A DNA stretch of 64,000 bases from Chiloscyllium plagiosum (GCF_004010195.1 NC_057728.1:49337065-49401064), one strand, 5' to 3'; positions 26,165 to 39,929 are shown, numbered from the stretch's first letter. Made by a program: numbers and translations. Notes: generated from the sequence alone by a model not told the origin.

Positions 26165-28697
26165 TCTGTGGGAACGAGAGAGATTCACGGTTGGTGTGCT
26201 GCCTCCCAGGTGTCAGGGTTCGTGATGTCTCTGGTCATGTTTTCGGAGTCCTTGAGGGAAAGGGAGAGCAGCCCCAAGTCGTGGTCCACATAGGCATCAA
26301 CTACATAGGTAAGAAGAGAGATGGGGATTTAAAGCAGAAATTCAGGGAGCTAGGATGGAAGCTTAGAGCTAGAACAAACAGAGTTGTTATCTCTGGTTTG
26401 TTGCCCATGCCACATGCTAGCAAGGTGAGGAGTAGGGAGAGAGAGAGAGAATTGAACACGTGACTACAAGGATGGTGCAGGACAGGGAGTTTTGCATTCC
26501 TGGATAATTGGGGCTGTTTCTAGGGTAGTTGAGACCGTTATCTCTGGTTTGTTGCCCATGCCACATGCTAGCAAGGTGAGGAATAGGGAGAGAGAGAGAA
26601 TTGAACACATGACTACAAGGATGGTGCAGGACAGGGAGTTTTGCATTCCTGGATAATTGGGGCTGTTTCTAGGGTAGTTGAGACCTCTACAAACAGGATG
26701 TTCTTCATCTGAACCAGAGGGATTCCAATATCCTGGAGGGGGAGATTTGCTACTGCTCTTCATGTGGGTTTAATTCAGCAGGGGAATAGGAACCGAAATT
26801 GTAGTTCGAGTATACGGGAGAATGAGAGTAGTGAAGTCAGAACTAAGATTTCAAGATTGTAAGAAGGCACCGGCAGGCAAGATGTTGGTTTGAAGTGTGT
26901 CTACTTCAAGGAAAACCCTAAAACTTTCTATAGATATATCAGGAATAAAAGAAAGACTAGAGTAAAATTAGGGCCAATCAAATATAGTAATGGGAAGTTG
27001 TTCATGCAGTCAGAGGAGATAGGAGAAGTGCCAAATGAATACTTCTCATCAGTATTCACACAAGAAAAAGATGATGTGGTAGAGGAGAATATTGAGATAA
27101 TGGCTACTGGACGAGATGGGATTGAGGTGCATAAGGAGGAGGTGTTAGCAATTCCGGAAAGTGTAAAAATAGATAAGTCCCCTAGGCTGGATGGGATTTA
27201 TCCTAAGCTTCTCTGGGAGGAGATTGCCTAGCCTTTGGCTTTGATCTTTATGTCGTCATAGTCTACAGGAATAGTGCCAGAAGACTGGAGGATAGCAATT
27301 ATTGTTCCCTTTTTCAAGAAGGGGAGTAGAGACAACCCTCGAAATTATAGACCAGTGAGTCTTACTTCACTTGTGGGTAAAGTGTTGGAAAGGATTATAA
27401 GAGATAGGATTTATTATCATCTAGAGAGGAATAAGTTGATTAGGGATAGTCAAAATGGTTTTGTGAAGGGTAGGTCATGTCTCACAAACCTTATTGAGTT
27501 CTTTGAGAAGGTGACCAAACAGGCGGGTGAGGGTAAAGTGGTTGATTTGGTCTATATGGATTTCAGTAAGGCATTTGAAAAGGTTCCCCATGGTAGGCTA
27601 TTGCACAAAATATGGAGGCATGGGATTGAGGATGATTTAGTGGTTTGGGTCAGAAATTGGCTAGCTGAAAGAAGACAGAGGGTGGTGATTGATGGGAAAT
27701 ATTCATCCTGGAGTTCAGTTACTAGTAGGGTACCACAGGGATCTGTTTTGGGTCGACTGTTGTTTGTCATTTATATAAATGAACTGGATGAGGGCATAGA
27801 AGGATGGGTTAGTAAATCTTTGGATAACAATAAGGTCAGTAGGGTTGTGGATAGAGTTGTGACGAAGAATGTTCTAGGTTACAGATAGACATCGATAAGC
27901 AGCAGAGCTGGCAAATGGAGTTTAATGCGGAAAAGTGTGAGGTGATTCACTTTGGAGGGAGTAACAGGAATGCAGGGTTAATGGTAAGATTCTTGGTAGT
28001 GTAGACGAGCAGAGAGATCTCAGTGTCCAAGGACATAGATCCTTGAAAATTGCCACCCAGGTTGATAGGGTTGTTAAGAAGGCATACAATGTGTTAGCTT
28101 TTATTGGTAGAGGGATTGAGTTTCAGAACTATGAGATCATGCTGCAGCTGTACAAAACCCTGGTGTGGCCACATTTGGCGTACAATTCTGGTCACTGCAT
28201 TATAGGAAGGATGTGGAAGCTTTGGAAAGGGTTCAGAAGTGATTTACTAGGATGTTGCCTGGTATGGAGGGAAGGTCTTACGAGGAAAGGCTGAGGGACT
28301 TGAGGCTGTATTCGTTAGAGAGAAGAAGGTTTAGAGGCTTCTTAACTGAGACATATAAGATAATCAGAAGATTAGATAGGTTGGACAGTGAGCCTTTTAC
28401 CTCAGATGGCAATGACCAGCACGAGGGAGCATAGCTTTAAATTGAGGGGTGATAGATATAGGACAGATGTCAGAGGTAGACTCTTTACTCAGAGAGTAGT
28501 AGGTGCGTGGAATGCACTGCCTGTAACAGTAGTAGACTTGCCAACATTAAGGGCATTTTAATGGTCATTGGATAGGCATATGGACGAGAATGGAATAGTG
28601 TAGGTTAGATGGGCATCAGGTTGGTTGCACAGGTCGGCGCAACACCAAGGGTCGAAGGGCCTGTACTGCGTTGTAATGTTCTTTGTTCTATGTTCTA
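26165..28697 (+). mobile_element. CR1 LINE: ORF1 esterase half, then ORF2 with the endonuclease domain missing, RT and tail
   Basis: CGNERDSRLVCCLPGVRV..VVVHIG.N; LKCVYF jumps directly to [35 protein letters not shown]; (tgttcta) tail. Confidence 0.9.
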
Positions 28698-30802
28698 CGC
28701 AGCTCCATTATAATTTCTCAAATCTTGTCTTCTATTCTTATGCATAACTATGTGAATCTTCAGTCAGTGTGTTGGCTGTTCTGTCACCGGGGACAGTGAG
28801 CCAATTGTCTGCAATTGCCAATCTACTGCCACCTCCACCACAAGGACTGCAGTGATTCAAGGAAAAGGTAAATCATCAGCTTCCAAGGACACTGAGGATT
28901 GGTTATTGACTGCTAGCCTTGCTAGTGGTACTCATTTCCTGACATTAAAATTGTAAAAAGCCAGATGACATCTAAAAAGATAAAAGGCAGATTAAGATTC
29001 TCAGATCATTCCTACACTCGAGAAATTGATTTGTCTTTTCAATTTCGGGCTGCTGATTGGCTTCTCATGATTATTGGCAGATGCTGTGCTCTGCCAGCCT
29101 CCTGCTTGTCATTTTTTAATGCCAAGCTGAACTTTCGATCCCATATCCTCCTCCTCATCACCTGACCCCTTTCTCTGTCTCTGCTCATCAGCTGCTGAAA
29201 CTCTCTTTTATGGCTCTGTTACCATTGGCATCAACTATTCCAGCACTTTCCTGGCCGACCACCAACTTCTGGAAAGTTCAATTCATCTGAAGCTCTGTTG
29301 TTGGATTCACACTGAGCCCCTGTTTATCCATTACTGCTTGTTGACTGGGAATACAATCACCTGCACGTTCCCATCTAAGTCACCCAGCACCCTGACTTGG
29401 AAAATGTTTGCTTTTTCTTCAGTGTCATTGGGTGAAAATCCTGGAACACCCTCCCTAACAGCATTGTTGATCTACCTACACCATTAATTCAAGAAAGCAG
29501 CTCACCTCCACCTTCTCAAGGACAACTAAGTATTGGCAATAAATGCTGGCCCAGCCGGTGAAGCTCCTATCCCCTGAATGAATAGGAAATATGGCTCCAG
29601 ACTCATCGAAAGCTCCATTTCAACATTCACATTCTTGCTTTCAATTACCTTCATAGCCTTGCGCCTCCCAATCTCTATGACCTTCACCGGCGCTAAAGCC
29701 CTCCAACTTTGGCTTCACACCCATACCTAATTTTACTTGCTCTGCCATCGGCACCCTGGTCCCTAAGCTTTGCAATTCCTTCTCTAAAACTCTGTATCTC
29801 TCTTTGCTAAAACTCTTATGCGTTTTATCTTGTTGATCTTATTGACCAAGCTTTTGGTCACCGATCTTAACAGCTTGCCACATGACGTTGATGTCAAATT
29901 TTGTCTGATAGCATTGCAGTGAAGCAAAGATATTTAAGGACATTAATGGCACTATGCTAATGCAAATTGCTGTAGCTATATCTGACCATGGTCTTTTCTT
30001 ATTTTTCAGTTAGGTTCACAATTACCTTGGGTCCAGGCCTGAGATACCACAAGAATTAGAAAATGGCATAATTTACATCTCTCCTTGACAGCCAATTCTC
30101 ATTTGTTACAGGGAGGTGAGAGTGTTAAAATCAGGGGTCAGTGACTGGAGATAGTTCAGGAAACTTTGCCGTTCCCTAGAGGACCCACAGTAGCTGGAAA
30201 AAGAAATTGACCAATTGATAAAGGGTCAGGCACTCCAGGCATTAATCTCCCTCAGGTTTTGACAGGCATATTGTGTAATTCCAGCATTTTCCATTATTTT
30301 CTGTCTTTATTGATGGTAAGCTTTCAGCTTCTATGGCACACTTGTCAGAAGTGATTATTGAAAACATTTTCTCCAGCTTAAATTAGTTACTCAGTTAATT
30401 ATGATTGATTTCATACTCAAGTTGAAAAGCAGGGACTTGACAGGTTTGATGCATAATCACCAAATTAATTTTCTCTTCCAGTATAAATAAACACATTGAG
30501 ATGACAAGGGACATACAGATTGCTCAAAAAAATTACACTTGCCTCGATATTTTTTTGTTCCAGCTCTGTCCATAAATGATGAAATCTTCTTCATAAACCG
30601 TTTCTTTACAAAGTACAAGGTTTACTTTTAACAGGACTGATTTTTCTTGGTGTATGTCCCCTCTTGTTGACATAACGTTGACAAACTTTCCATAAACATC
30701 TAACTGGCACACACCAAGAAACTCCTTCCCTTATGTCAGGGCTGATCAACAGTGGCTAGACCTGCATAGGCATGAACTCTTTTATTGGTGAGTGCATTGA
30801 GT

Positions 30803-31228
30803 AGAAAGTGAGGGCTGCAGATGCTGGAGATCAGAGCTGAAAATGTGTTGCTGGAAAAGCGCAGCAGGTCAGGCAGCATCCAAGGAACAGGAGAATCGAC
30901 GTTTCGGGCATAAGCCCTTCTTCAGGAATGAGGAAAGTGTGTCCAGCATCCCTTGTTCCCAGGCAGAAGATGAGGCGCTCCTCCTCCAACCGTCGTGTTG
31001 CCATGGTCTGGCGATGGAGGAGTCCAAGGACCTGCATATCCTTGGTGGAGTGGGAGGGGGAGTTAAAGTGTTGGGCTACGGGGTGGTTGGGTTGGTTGGT
31101 CCGGGTGTCCCAGAGGTGTTCTCTGAAACGTTCCGCAAGTAGGCGGCCTGTCTCCCCAATATAAAGGAGGCCACATCGGGTGCAGCGGATGCAATAGATG
31201 ATGTGTGTGGAGGTGCAGGTGAATTTGA
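30803..31228 (-). mobile_element. Penelope-like element 3' fragment (family B): GIY-YIG remnant plus terminus
   Basis: Minus strand HIIYCIRCTRCGLLYIGETGRLLAERFREH..VAQHFN..MQVLGLL..RRLEEERLIF, followed by the terminal repeat found in the short inserts. Confidence 0.85.
30893..30930 (-). ncRNA. Minimal hammerhead ribozyme motif (PLE family B)
   Basis: ttc-CTGAAGA-A-GGGC-TTAT-GCCC-GAAA-CG-TC-ga; stem I only ~2 bp. Same motif on + at 49660-49693. Confidence 0.55.
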
Positions 31229-31752
31229 GTATTCAGTCCAAGCCTGAACATTGTTCGAGTGGAGTGCCACAAGATTCGGTGCTGGGTCCACTGCTTTTCA
31301 TCATTTACGTAAATGATTTGGAATTGAACACAGGAGGTATGGTTCATAAATTTGCAGATCACACTAAAATTGGAAGTGTATTGGACAGTGAAGAAGGTAT
31401 AATGGGATTTGATGGGCCAATGGGTCAAGGATTGGCAGATAATTTAGATAAATGTGAGGTGCTGCATTTTGGAAAGGCAAATCAGGCCAGGATAATCCAG
31501 TTAATGGTAAGGTCCTGGGGAGTGTTGCTGAACAAAGAGACCTTGAGTGCAGTATTATAGACCAGGCCAGACTCCCTCAAAATATTTCAAGAAAGTAGCT
31601 CAGAGCCTAACTTGTAAAGTGTAAAATGAATATCCCAGGAGAGATGGAGCTGGCCCAACCACTTACTTTTAAACAAAACAGAATTTATTTGCAAGATTAT
31701 CAAATGAAGCACAAACAAAAGAGAACAGAATACAAAATAACTTAACTTATCC

Positions 31753-32488
31753 TCTGGTCTCCTTCCTATCAGAAGGATGTTGTGAAACTTGAAAGGGTTC
31801 AGAAAAGATTTACAAGGATGTTGTCAGGGTTGGGGTTGATCTATAGGGAAAGGTTGAATAGGCTGGCGCTGTTTTCCCTTGAGTGATGGAGGCTGAGAGG
31901 TGACCTTATAGAGATTTATAAAATCATGAGGGGCATGGATAGGATAAATAGACAAAGTCTCTTCCCTGGGGTGGGGAAGTTCAGACCTAGAGGGCATAGG
32001 TTTAGGCTGAGAAGGGAAAGATATAAAAGAAACCTAAGAGGCAACTTTTTCACGCAGAGGGTGATGTGTGTATGGAATGAGCTGCCAGAGGAAGTGATGG
32101 AGCTGAAAAATGTGTTGCTGGAAAAGCGCAGCAGGTCAGGCAGCATCTAAGGAGCAGGAGAATCGACGTTTTGGATATAAGCCCTTCTTCAGGATTCTCC
32201 TACTCCTTGGATGCTGCCTGACCTGCTGCACTTTTCCAGCAACACATGTTTCAACTCTGATCTCCAGCATCTGCGGTCCTCACTTTCTCCTAGAGGAAGT
32301 AGTGGAGGCTGGTACAATTGCAACATTTAAAGGGCACCTGGATGGATATATGAATAGGAAGGGTTTGGAGGGACATGGACCAAATGTTCGCAAATGGGTC
32401 TAGATTAGGTTGGGATATCCGGTTGGCATGGCCAAGTTGGACCAAAGGGTCTGTTTACATGCTGTACACCTCTATGTCTCTATGACTC
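31753..32488 (+). mobile_element. CR1 3' fragment nested in the LTR
   Basis: MRGMDRINRQSLFPGVG..WNELPEEV; flanked by tatcc on both sides. Confidence 0.85.
32103..32291. mobile_element. Fold-back Penelope-terminus insertion (family B)
   Basis: Inverted arms; 16-bp TSD agaggaagtgatggag / agaggaagtagtggag. Confidence 0.8.
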
Positions 32489-33744
32489 TATCCAAAAATC
32501 CAACAGATTATCCCAACTTAATTATTCTGTTCCAAATACTTGCAACAATCCCCTGAAAAACCCCTTGGCAGAAAAGGTAAAATCAAACACTAGGTCTTAC
32601 AGGAGAGATCTCAGAGAGAGGAAGGATCAGCATGGACCTGCTTCTTTGTGTCGAACAGCTTCACAACTGCCTGCTAAAACCAAACCAAACAAGAGACAAG
32701 CTGTGCTGGGAGAAGTGGCTACTCACCTTTCTTTATACATGTGTTTTTTTTTAAACTTGAAAGCCTTTTCTTGAGGCAGTATCTGTCAGTTATAATCAAA
32801 CTGGCCCTAAAACCCTGCAAGCCCAGACCTTTCAGAACCTGTGTCTTTATGACTGCTCTGAAAGAAATGTCAAGGACAGCATAACCTTATTAAATGAGCA
32901 GCATTATCACAGCAGGTTCATAGCTCCTTGAAAGTGGAGTCGCAGGTAAATAGGATTGTGAAGAAGACGTTTGGTATGATTTCCTTTATTGGTCAGTGCA
33001 TTAGGAGTTATGTTGCAGCTGTACAGGACATTGGTTAGGCCACTTTTGGAATATTGCATGCAATTCTGGTCTCCCTGCTCTGGGAAGGATGTTATGAAAC
33101 TTGAATGGGCTCAGAAAAGATTTACAAGGATGTTACCAGGTTGGAGGGAGTGAGCTATAGGGAGAGGCTGATTAGGCTCGGGCTATTTTATCTGGAGCAA
33201 TGGAGGCTGTGGGGTACCTTATAGAGGTTTATAAAATCATGAGGGGCATAGATAGGATAAATAGACAAGGTCTTTTCCCTGGGGTGGGGGAATCCAGAAC
33301 TAGAGGGCATAGGTTTAGAATGAGAGGGGAAAAATTTAAAAGGGACCTAAGCGGCAACTATTTCACACAGAATGAGCTGCCAGAGGAAGTGGTGGAGGCT
33401 GGTACAATTACTACATCTAAAAGACATCTGGATGGGTATATGAATAGGAAGGGTTTAGAGGGATATGGGTTAAATGCTGGCAAATGGGATTAGATTAATT
33501 TAGAATATCTGGTTAGCATGGACGAGTTGGACCAAAGGGTCTGTTTCTGTGCTGTATATCTCTATGACTCTATAACTTGAACTGGGTTTAAGTTGGAGGC
33601 TATATCATGGCATATCAAGCATGAAGATATCAATCCAATTGTTCATATACTAAGGGAAAAAACATATATTAGAAGAATGAGAGATGACCTTTGAGTATGA
33701 TCTCAGTTTGCCCATTTAAGATAGAGAGGGGGAAGAAATCTCTT

Positions 33745-34050
33745 TTAGTCATTGAGTCATTGATGTTTACAGCATGGAAACAGGCCCTTTGTCCCAACCT
33801 GTTCATGGCACCCAGTTTTCACAATTAATCTGCTCCCTTTTGCTTGTGTTTGGCCCATATTCCTCCATACCTATCCCATCCACGAACCTGTCCAAATGTT
33901 TCTAAAATGACAAAATTGTGCTTGCTTCCACCACTACCTCTTGCAGCCTGTTCCAGACACTCACCACCCTCTGTGTGAAAAATTGCCCATCTGGACCCTT
34001 TTGTATATCTCCCCCTCACCTTAAACCTATACCCTTTAGGTTTACACTCC
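33745..34050 (-). mobile_element. CR1 3' end
   Basis: Reverse complement of CR1 3' coding end and UTR; (aatgactc) tail. Confidence 0.8.
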
Positions 34051-35389
34051 CCAATGTGTAGATGGTGAACCTATGGAATTCCTTACTGCAGAGGACAGCT
34101 TGGGTCATTAAGTACATGCAAGGCTGAAATAGACAGATTTTAAGTCATTAAGGGAAACCAAAGGTTATAGTGAAAAGACAGATCATATAGTTGAGGATTA
34201 TCAGATCAGCAAAGGTCTAGTAGAGTGACCTGATGGACTGAATGGCCTACGTCCTATATCCTATGGTGTTAACACAGGTTGTGGGATCAGGCCCCTTTGC
34301 AGGACCCAGTCACAATATCCAGCCAATGTTTGCAAGGCAGTGCCGCACTCTTAGACACTACCTTTAACATTGGACGGTAAAAGCTGAGGCAGCATCTTGC
34401 CTGTCAGCTGGATGTAAAACATCCAATGGCTATTATGACAAAGAAGAGTAGCAGGGTTTTCCTCGGCCTAAATCACTTTCAATTACGATGATCCAGTCAT
34501 TCTCGTGGCTTTGTAGGAACTCACTATATACCCATTGACGTCCACATTTCCTACATTAGAAAATAACTACACTGCAAAAGTACTTCCGAAAAATGTGTTC
34601 CCGGGATATGGGCATCACTGGTTGGGCCAGCATTTATTGTAATGCTTAAATGTCCAGTAGTTAGAGTCAATTACTTTGCTCTGTCATCTGGAGTCATATG
34701 TAGGTCAGACCGGATAAGGATGACAGATTTCCTTCCCAAAAGGCCATTGGTGAACCAGAGCACTAAAGGATAAAGCACTATAAAGGATAACCAGAGGAAT
34801 TGTGAAAGGTGCTACATAAATGCAAGTAATGCATTACCTTTATGCCCTCTTCTGAATCTAAACATTTTTCACACATTGTATTCAATCTCTTGGGGGATTG
34901 GAGATTTAATAGGGGGAGTCTGCATTTTACAAGTTTTTTTTCAGTAGATAGCTCGCACAGGCGCCATGGCCAATCGGCCCCTCTCTCCAGCTGCTGCTGC
35001 ATGATTCTCTGATATTTGCAGATCATTATTGAAATTGCTCTGTAATCCTTGCAGACACTGGCTCAGCCCTGGCACCTAACACCTGCAGCAAATAATTGTG
35101 CATCTCCTTTTCTGATTGACATGTGTAGTCGAGATCCAACCACCACCACCCCCCTCACCCCGTGCACAAAAAACCCCTCAAACTCCACTCAGCAGACCAG
35201 GGATTGCCCAGGTCCCCAGAGCAGGAACATGCCAATCCAGTCCACCACGTGTACAGACACCGCCTGAATGCAGCGGCTCTGAAATATTGCACAACTTTCG
35301 GGGAGGGGGGACGTTGTCGCTGCTCTCCCCAGCGAGACTTCACTGCCAGCGCTCAGCCACTCCGAGCCCATGGTGTGCCCGGCAGGAGG

Positions 35390-35603
35390 ATGTGGCAATC
35401 TCCCCACGCCAGGATCAGGAGCCCCAAACACAGCGCGGCTATGAGGATCAACCCGCAGCTTCCGACCGACTCCGAGCATCTCAAAGGCTTCAAGGCAGCA
35501 GATCTGCAACTGAGTGACAGCGGTGTTGGACAGCTCCAACCAGATTCCCTACCGGTGACAGAGAACCCATCAGAAGTTAGACCCTGGGGCTCCTCTGGAC
35601 AAG
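35390..35603 (+). CDS. Putative first coding exon of an unidentified gene (ATG at 35390 or 35441)
   Basis: CpG/GC-rich unique region; MWQSPHARIRSPKHSAAMRINPQLPTDSEHLKGFKAADLQLSDSGVGQ...PWGSSGQ; donor AAG|gtaagg, phase 1. Confidence 0.55.
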
Positions 35604-35609
35604 GTAAGG

Positions 35610-36045
35610 CTTTATACAGAGACAGAGAGAGAGAGAGTTACAGAGAACAATGCACAGGCAAGGGAAAGAACAAAGGAGAGATCTGTCAGACACACAGATA
35701 CACTATGACAGAGGGAGAGAGAGGTGGAAGACAGAAAGACTGAAACAAGCACAGCAGCACACGGGGATACAGAGAGAGAGAGACTCAGCAACACTGAGGA
35801 AGAAGGAGTTGGAGAGAGGTAGAGGGAAACAGGCACAAGAGAGATGGAGAGAGCGCAGAACAAAGGAAAGCGAGAGAGATACATGTAGAGAGAGAAAGAG
35901 AGAGAGGACAAGAAAGATGTGAAGGGACAGATATACAGCGAGAAAAAAAAATAGTGGTCCCGATCTGTAGAGAAAGTACAAGAGAACGTTCGAGCGAACG
36001 AATGGCAGGGAGAGAATGTGAGGAAAATCGGAGGCAAACATTAAA
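35610..36045 (+). repeat. Purine-rich (GA) low-complexity tract
   Basis: Dense gagagag/acagaga repeats directly after the donor site. Confidence 0.85.
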
Positions 36046-36829
36046 GGGTAACGATTATCCCTGCTTTAGAAAAGAATGCAGAAAGGCAGCCAGTTATGGG
36101 TGATAGTGGAATATTATCTTAATCTGGAGGTTTTACATTTAATTCTAAACAGTAACTAAATTAAAGCGTATTTGCACAGGTTGAATAATGCAGGATTTGT
36201 GGGAGAAATCCGGCTAATACCCATTCACACAGTTACCTGCAAAAGGGATTAACTGTCTCAGGTCCGCCCTTTATTATAACAAAGACTTACTTTGCTGTGC
36301 TTTCTCCTGTATTATCTTCACATGGATCACATTTTATGTTAGTATTGAAATTGACGCTTTGACATTTATACAGTTTTAAGTAGAAAACATATAATTGCCT
36401 GGGCAAGTATGTTAATAACTAATATTAACTGTTACGTTTTACCGAAAGGGTTGGTTTGAGTATGTCGTGCGTGTAGGTTTAAAGTGGACTTAAAATGTAG
36501 TGGACTGACACTGTGTGGCTGGGATGCTAATTGGTTCAGTACAGTAATTACTGTAAAGGACCGTTGATATCAATGGCCTGCAATTTATTGTAATGTACTG
36601 TACTGTTTTTAACAACTGGACTGACTACTACAAATTTAATGAGTTCAAACCCCATCAAGGCAAATTAAGGAATTAAATATAATCATGCTACATTTTAGGA
36701 TTTTGGCAACAGTAAGTCTGACTTACTGGTTTTGCTAATACTTTTAAGGCTAGGTAACAAGTCACCCCAATCCTGGACTGATCAATGTATGACTCCAATC
36801 ATACAGCATGTGTTTGGCAACCAAAGCTC

Positions 36830-37140
36830 AATTTCTCGCATCTGAAGCCAGAAGGTTGTGAGTTCAAATCTCACTCCAAAGACTTAAGCACGACAGTCCA
36901 GGCTGACACTATAATGTGGCACTGGGGGACTTCTGCATTGTCAGACATGCTGTAGATAAGGTGTTGAATAGGTGTGCCTGACTGCCTTCTCAAAAATCTC
37001 AATATTTCGATGAATAAGGGGAATTGTCCCAACAGCTGTTCTTCAATCAAAGTAATTACATCAGCTTATCTGGTCATTAGGCTGCAGATGCGAGCTTGCT
37101 GTGTACAAATTAGCTGCTGTGAGTGATCTTCAAAACTTAC
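36830..37140 (+). mobile_element. Deu-domain SINE, near full length, degenerate
   Basis: Head tctgaagccagaaggttgtgagttcaaatc (B-box), ccaggctgacact, Deu-like ttatctggtcatt..gagcttgctgtgtacaaattagctgc. Confidence 0.6.
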
Positions 37141-38759
37141 TCCCTTTGAGGATGCTCACCAATACATTAAATCTAGCCTTTTCTGCTATGTCTACAATTT
37201 CATGGACTAAAAACTAAAACTTTGAAAGGAATAAGAAAGTGGGAAAAGATTACCTTTGTGTATTTGTGAGTAATCAGGCTGATTAATACTGGTATATATT
37301 GTCCACATAAACCCAGGGCATATGATGTTACACAAGCTTTCAGAAACAGTTAAGTGTCTGGTTACATGCTTTCAAGGTCAGTTGCCTGCCCCATTAGCCA
37401 GTCTATCATTATTCCTTTGAAAGGCCCTGCGCTGCAAAATGTGTCATTGTGTTGTTCAGAGAACTAAGCATGCGGGAAATAAAACATTACAATGCAGAAT
37501 GGTTTTCATTGAAACAAGCACCACATTTTTATAACACACTCGCTAAGTTGATATCAACTTTCCTCTGATTTGGGTTGGGGTACAAATTCTGTACAAACCT
37601 TAGCATGTAAAGTACTAAAACTCATAATAAAGCAGTCAACATCTACTGGGTAGGAAGACGGGTGAAGACATTTGTTGGAATGCTTAGCTTTGATATGACT
37701 TAAACCATCCACATTCCCTGTGTACTAATCTTAATTTTCCTGCTATCTTTCTTCCTGAGCCTCCCTCTGCTGTCACCAAGACAAATACATTGACCTGCAA
37801 TTTCTTGTTTCTTTGTGCTCAGAGACATGGCTGCTAATCAAATGCACCGTCTCAAAAAACTGGTTAGTAATTGGAGTTCAAAGTCTGCATCCTAACCCGA
37901 TGAAGCAGAGTGCAAGTTTTGAGAGAAGACACAACAGGATTCAGTTATTACATCTCAATGAATGAATACTTAAATGTTCCACTGATCTTTCCCCCAACCT
38001 CCACAATTCTGTAACCACTTCCAGCTCCAAGAACTTTGTGTTCCTCCATTTCTGTTTCTTGTACTAGTCCGGTTTTCTTCCGTGCATCTCTAGCAGCTGA
38101 GGAAATGAAATGTCCTCCCTGGATTTATCCAACTCTCACCCTCCTCCTATCAAGGCCTTCCTAAAATCTACAAAGCTTTTGTTCACCAGCCCTAATTTCT
38201 TGTGACTTACACTACATAGATTGCAGTGGTTCATGGAAATGGCTCACCTTTACCTTCTCAGGTACAATTACTAATGGACAATAAATACTTGACCACATCC
38301 CATGAATGAATAACAATAAATTGCTAAATATTCTATACATGTAGGGCATGGTTGATGGCTTGGAGAACTGAAACTTACACATTCTTATCAAGAAGAAACA
38401 TGTTTTGCATGGTTTCGGAACTATGCTTAATCCAGATTCTTGAAGCTGATTTGACACAAGCGTATGTTGTCAGGAAAATGTAATTAGCATTGGCTGGATG
38501 GACACATTTTTATTTCTCACCTTCAGGTTTGCCCTACAAGAGAATTCCAAGCCTGGACAAAGCATGTCATTTATTTCCATGGGATCTTGCTTTGTTACAG
38601 TGTTTGCTTACATTGCAATGAAGGCAACACTTTAAAAAAATGAATGCGTTGTAAACCATTTTGTGCCCTCCTCAGAATTTGACTCAGCTTTGAATAAATA
38701 TAAAGCAGTTTTCTTGAAATAAGGGAAATTAGTTTCATTTTTGCAGTGCAAGGTGTCTT

Positions 38760-39022
38760 CATAGAGTCATAGAGATTTATAGCACAGAAACAGACCCTTC
38801 GGTCAACCCGTCCATGCTGACCGGTTATCCCAACCCAATGTGGTCCCACCTGCCAGCACATGGCCCAAATCCCTCCAAACCCTTCCTGTTCATATACACA
38901 TCCAAATGCCTTTTAAATGTTGCAATTGTACCAGCCTCCGCCACTTCTTCTGGTAGCTCATTCCATACACATACCACCCCCTGCACGAAAAAGTTGCCCC
39001 TTAGGTCTCTTTTATATCTTTC
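38760..39022 (-). mobile_element. CR1 3' end
   Basis: ERYKRDLRGNFFVQGVVCVWNELPEEV; (tctatgac) tail. Confidence 0.9.
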
Positions 39023-39929
39023 CTTTATGACTTCACCTTGCCCACCCATCATCCAGGATTCTATGGACTGATGAAATTTACAATGATTTAATACAGAAAA
39101 TTTAACAGATTCGAAAACGGGATCAAGGAGAAAATGGCTGCATTTCATTCAGGTTTCCATCATCTGCAACATTTTGTTTTTCTATTTAATAATATGTTGG
39201 AATTCTTTCTGACCTTGAGAAAGTCATTGAGATTTGAGATGGTGCCTTTAGTACAAAGAAAGTAAATGGTGTTACGTGTGGTTCCCTGGAATTCAGTGAA
39301 AATGCTTCTGCCTCTTATTAGACTGCAGTGCTTGCTGTTTGAAGGATGGGATTAACTGCTGTTATGTAACTGAGTTACAGAAGATTTTTTTTCCAATTAG
39401 ACGAGAAAGAATATTTTGGGTTATGCCTTGCGCAGGGATATTTCAGGCATTAAATGAGAATCAAGCATTCATTTCGCTTTTTTTATTTTTCAAAGTGAAA
39501 GTGACTGTAGAAGTGTCATTTTAAAATATTGCAGTTCATATGAATTCAATTCTCAATTTAAACTATTCAACTGAATCTTCATTTAAAACATAAATTCATT
39601 AAATGTGCATTGTGAACTCATTGATCCATTCAATGAAGGAATCTCATGCATTCAACAGTGGACAGAGGAAGCTGTTTGATACCAGCTTGCTAATCCAACC
39701 CTCCATATAATGGATACACAGTGAAGGTTGAGATTTCTGTTTAGGTGGTTAAAATGAACATACATGTTGCAAATGAGTAATGTACATAGGGCAGCAATTT
39801 TGATCAGGTTCTGGTTGATAGTGTTCAGATGTTCTTAAGTTAATTCTTGTGCTTGCATTATTTTGTGATGCTTCTGTGAAGTGCATTGTGACATTTTACT
39901 CTGTTAAAGCTGCTATCTAAATGTGAGCT

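Larger units (their letters stand above)
31553..32911 (-). mobile_element. Solo LTR (itself split by CR1 31753-32488)
   Basis: TA(mutated TG)..CA ends with exact 4-bp TSD GCAG (31549-31552 / 32912-32915); minus-strand AATAAA at ~31683. Confidence 0.75.
31250..33575 (+). mobile_element. CR1 LINE (31250-31552 + 32912-33575) interrupted by a solo LTR
   Basis: [26 protein letters not shown], resuming after the LTR at gcaggttcatagctcc; tail at ~33565. Confidence 0.85.

Noticed and set aside
30026..30193. Minus-strand segment with good acceptor and donor
   Set aside because: Stops in all three frames. It could be a non-coding exon, but nothing else supports it.
35513..35533. beta-TrCP degron in SDSGVGQ
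   Set aside because: Lacks the second phosphoacceptor of DSGxxS.
35612..36041. Long ORFs on both strands
   Set aside because: Products of GA-rich low-complexity sequence.
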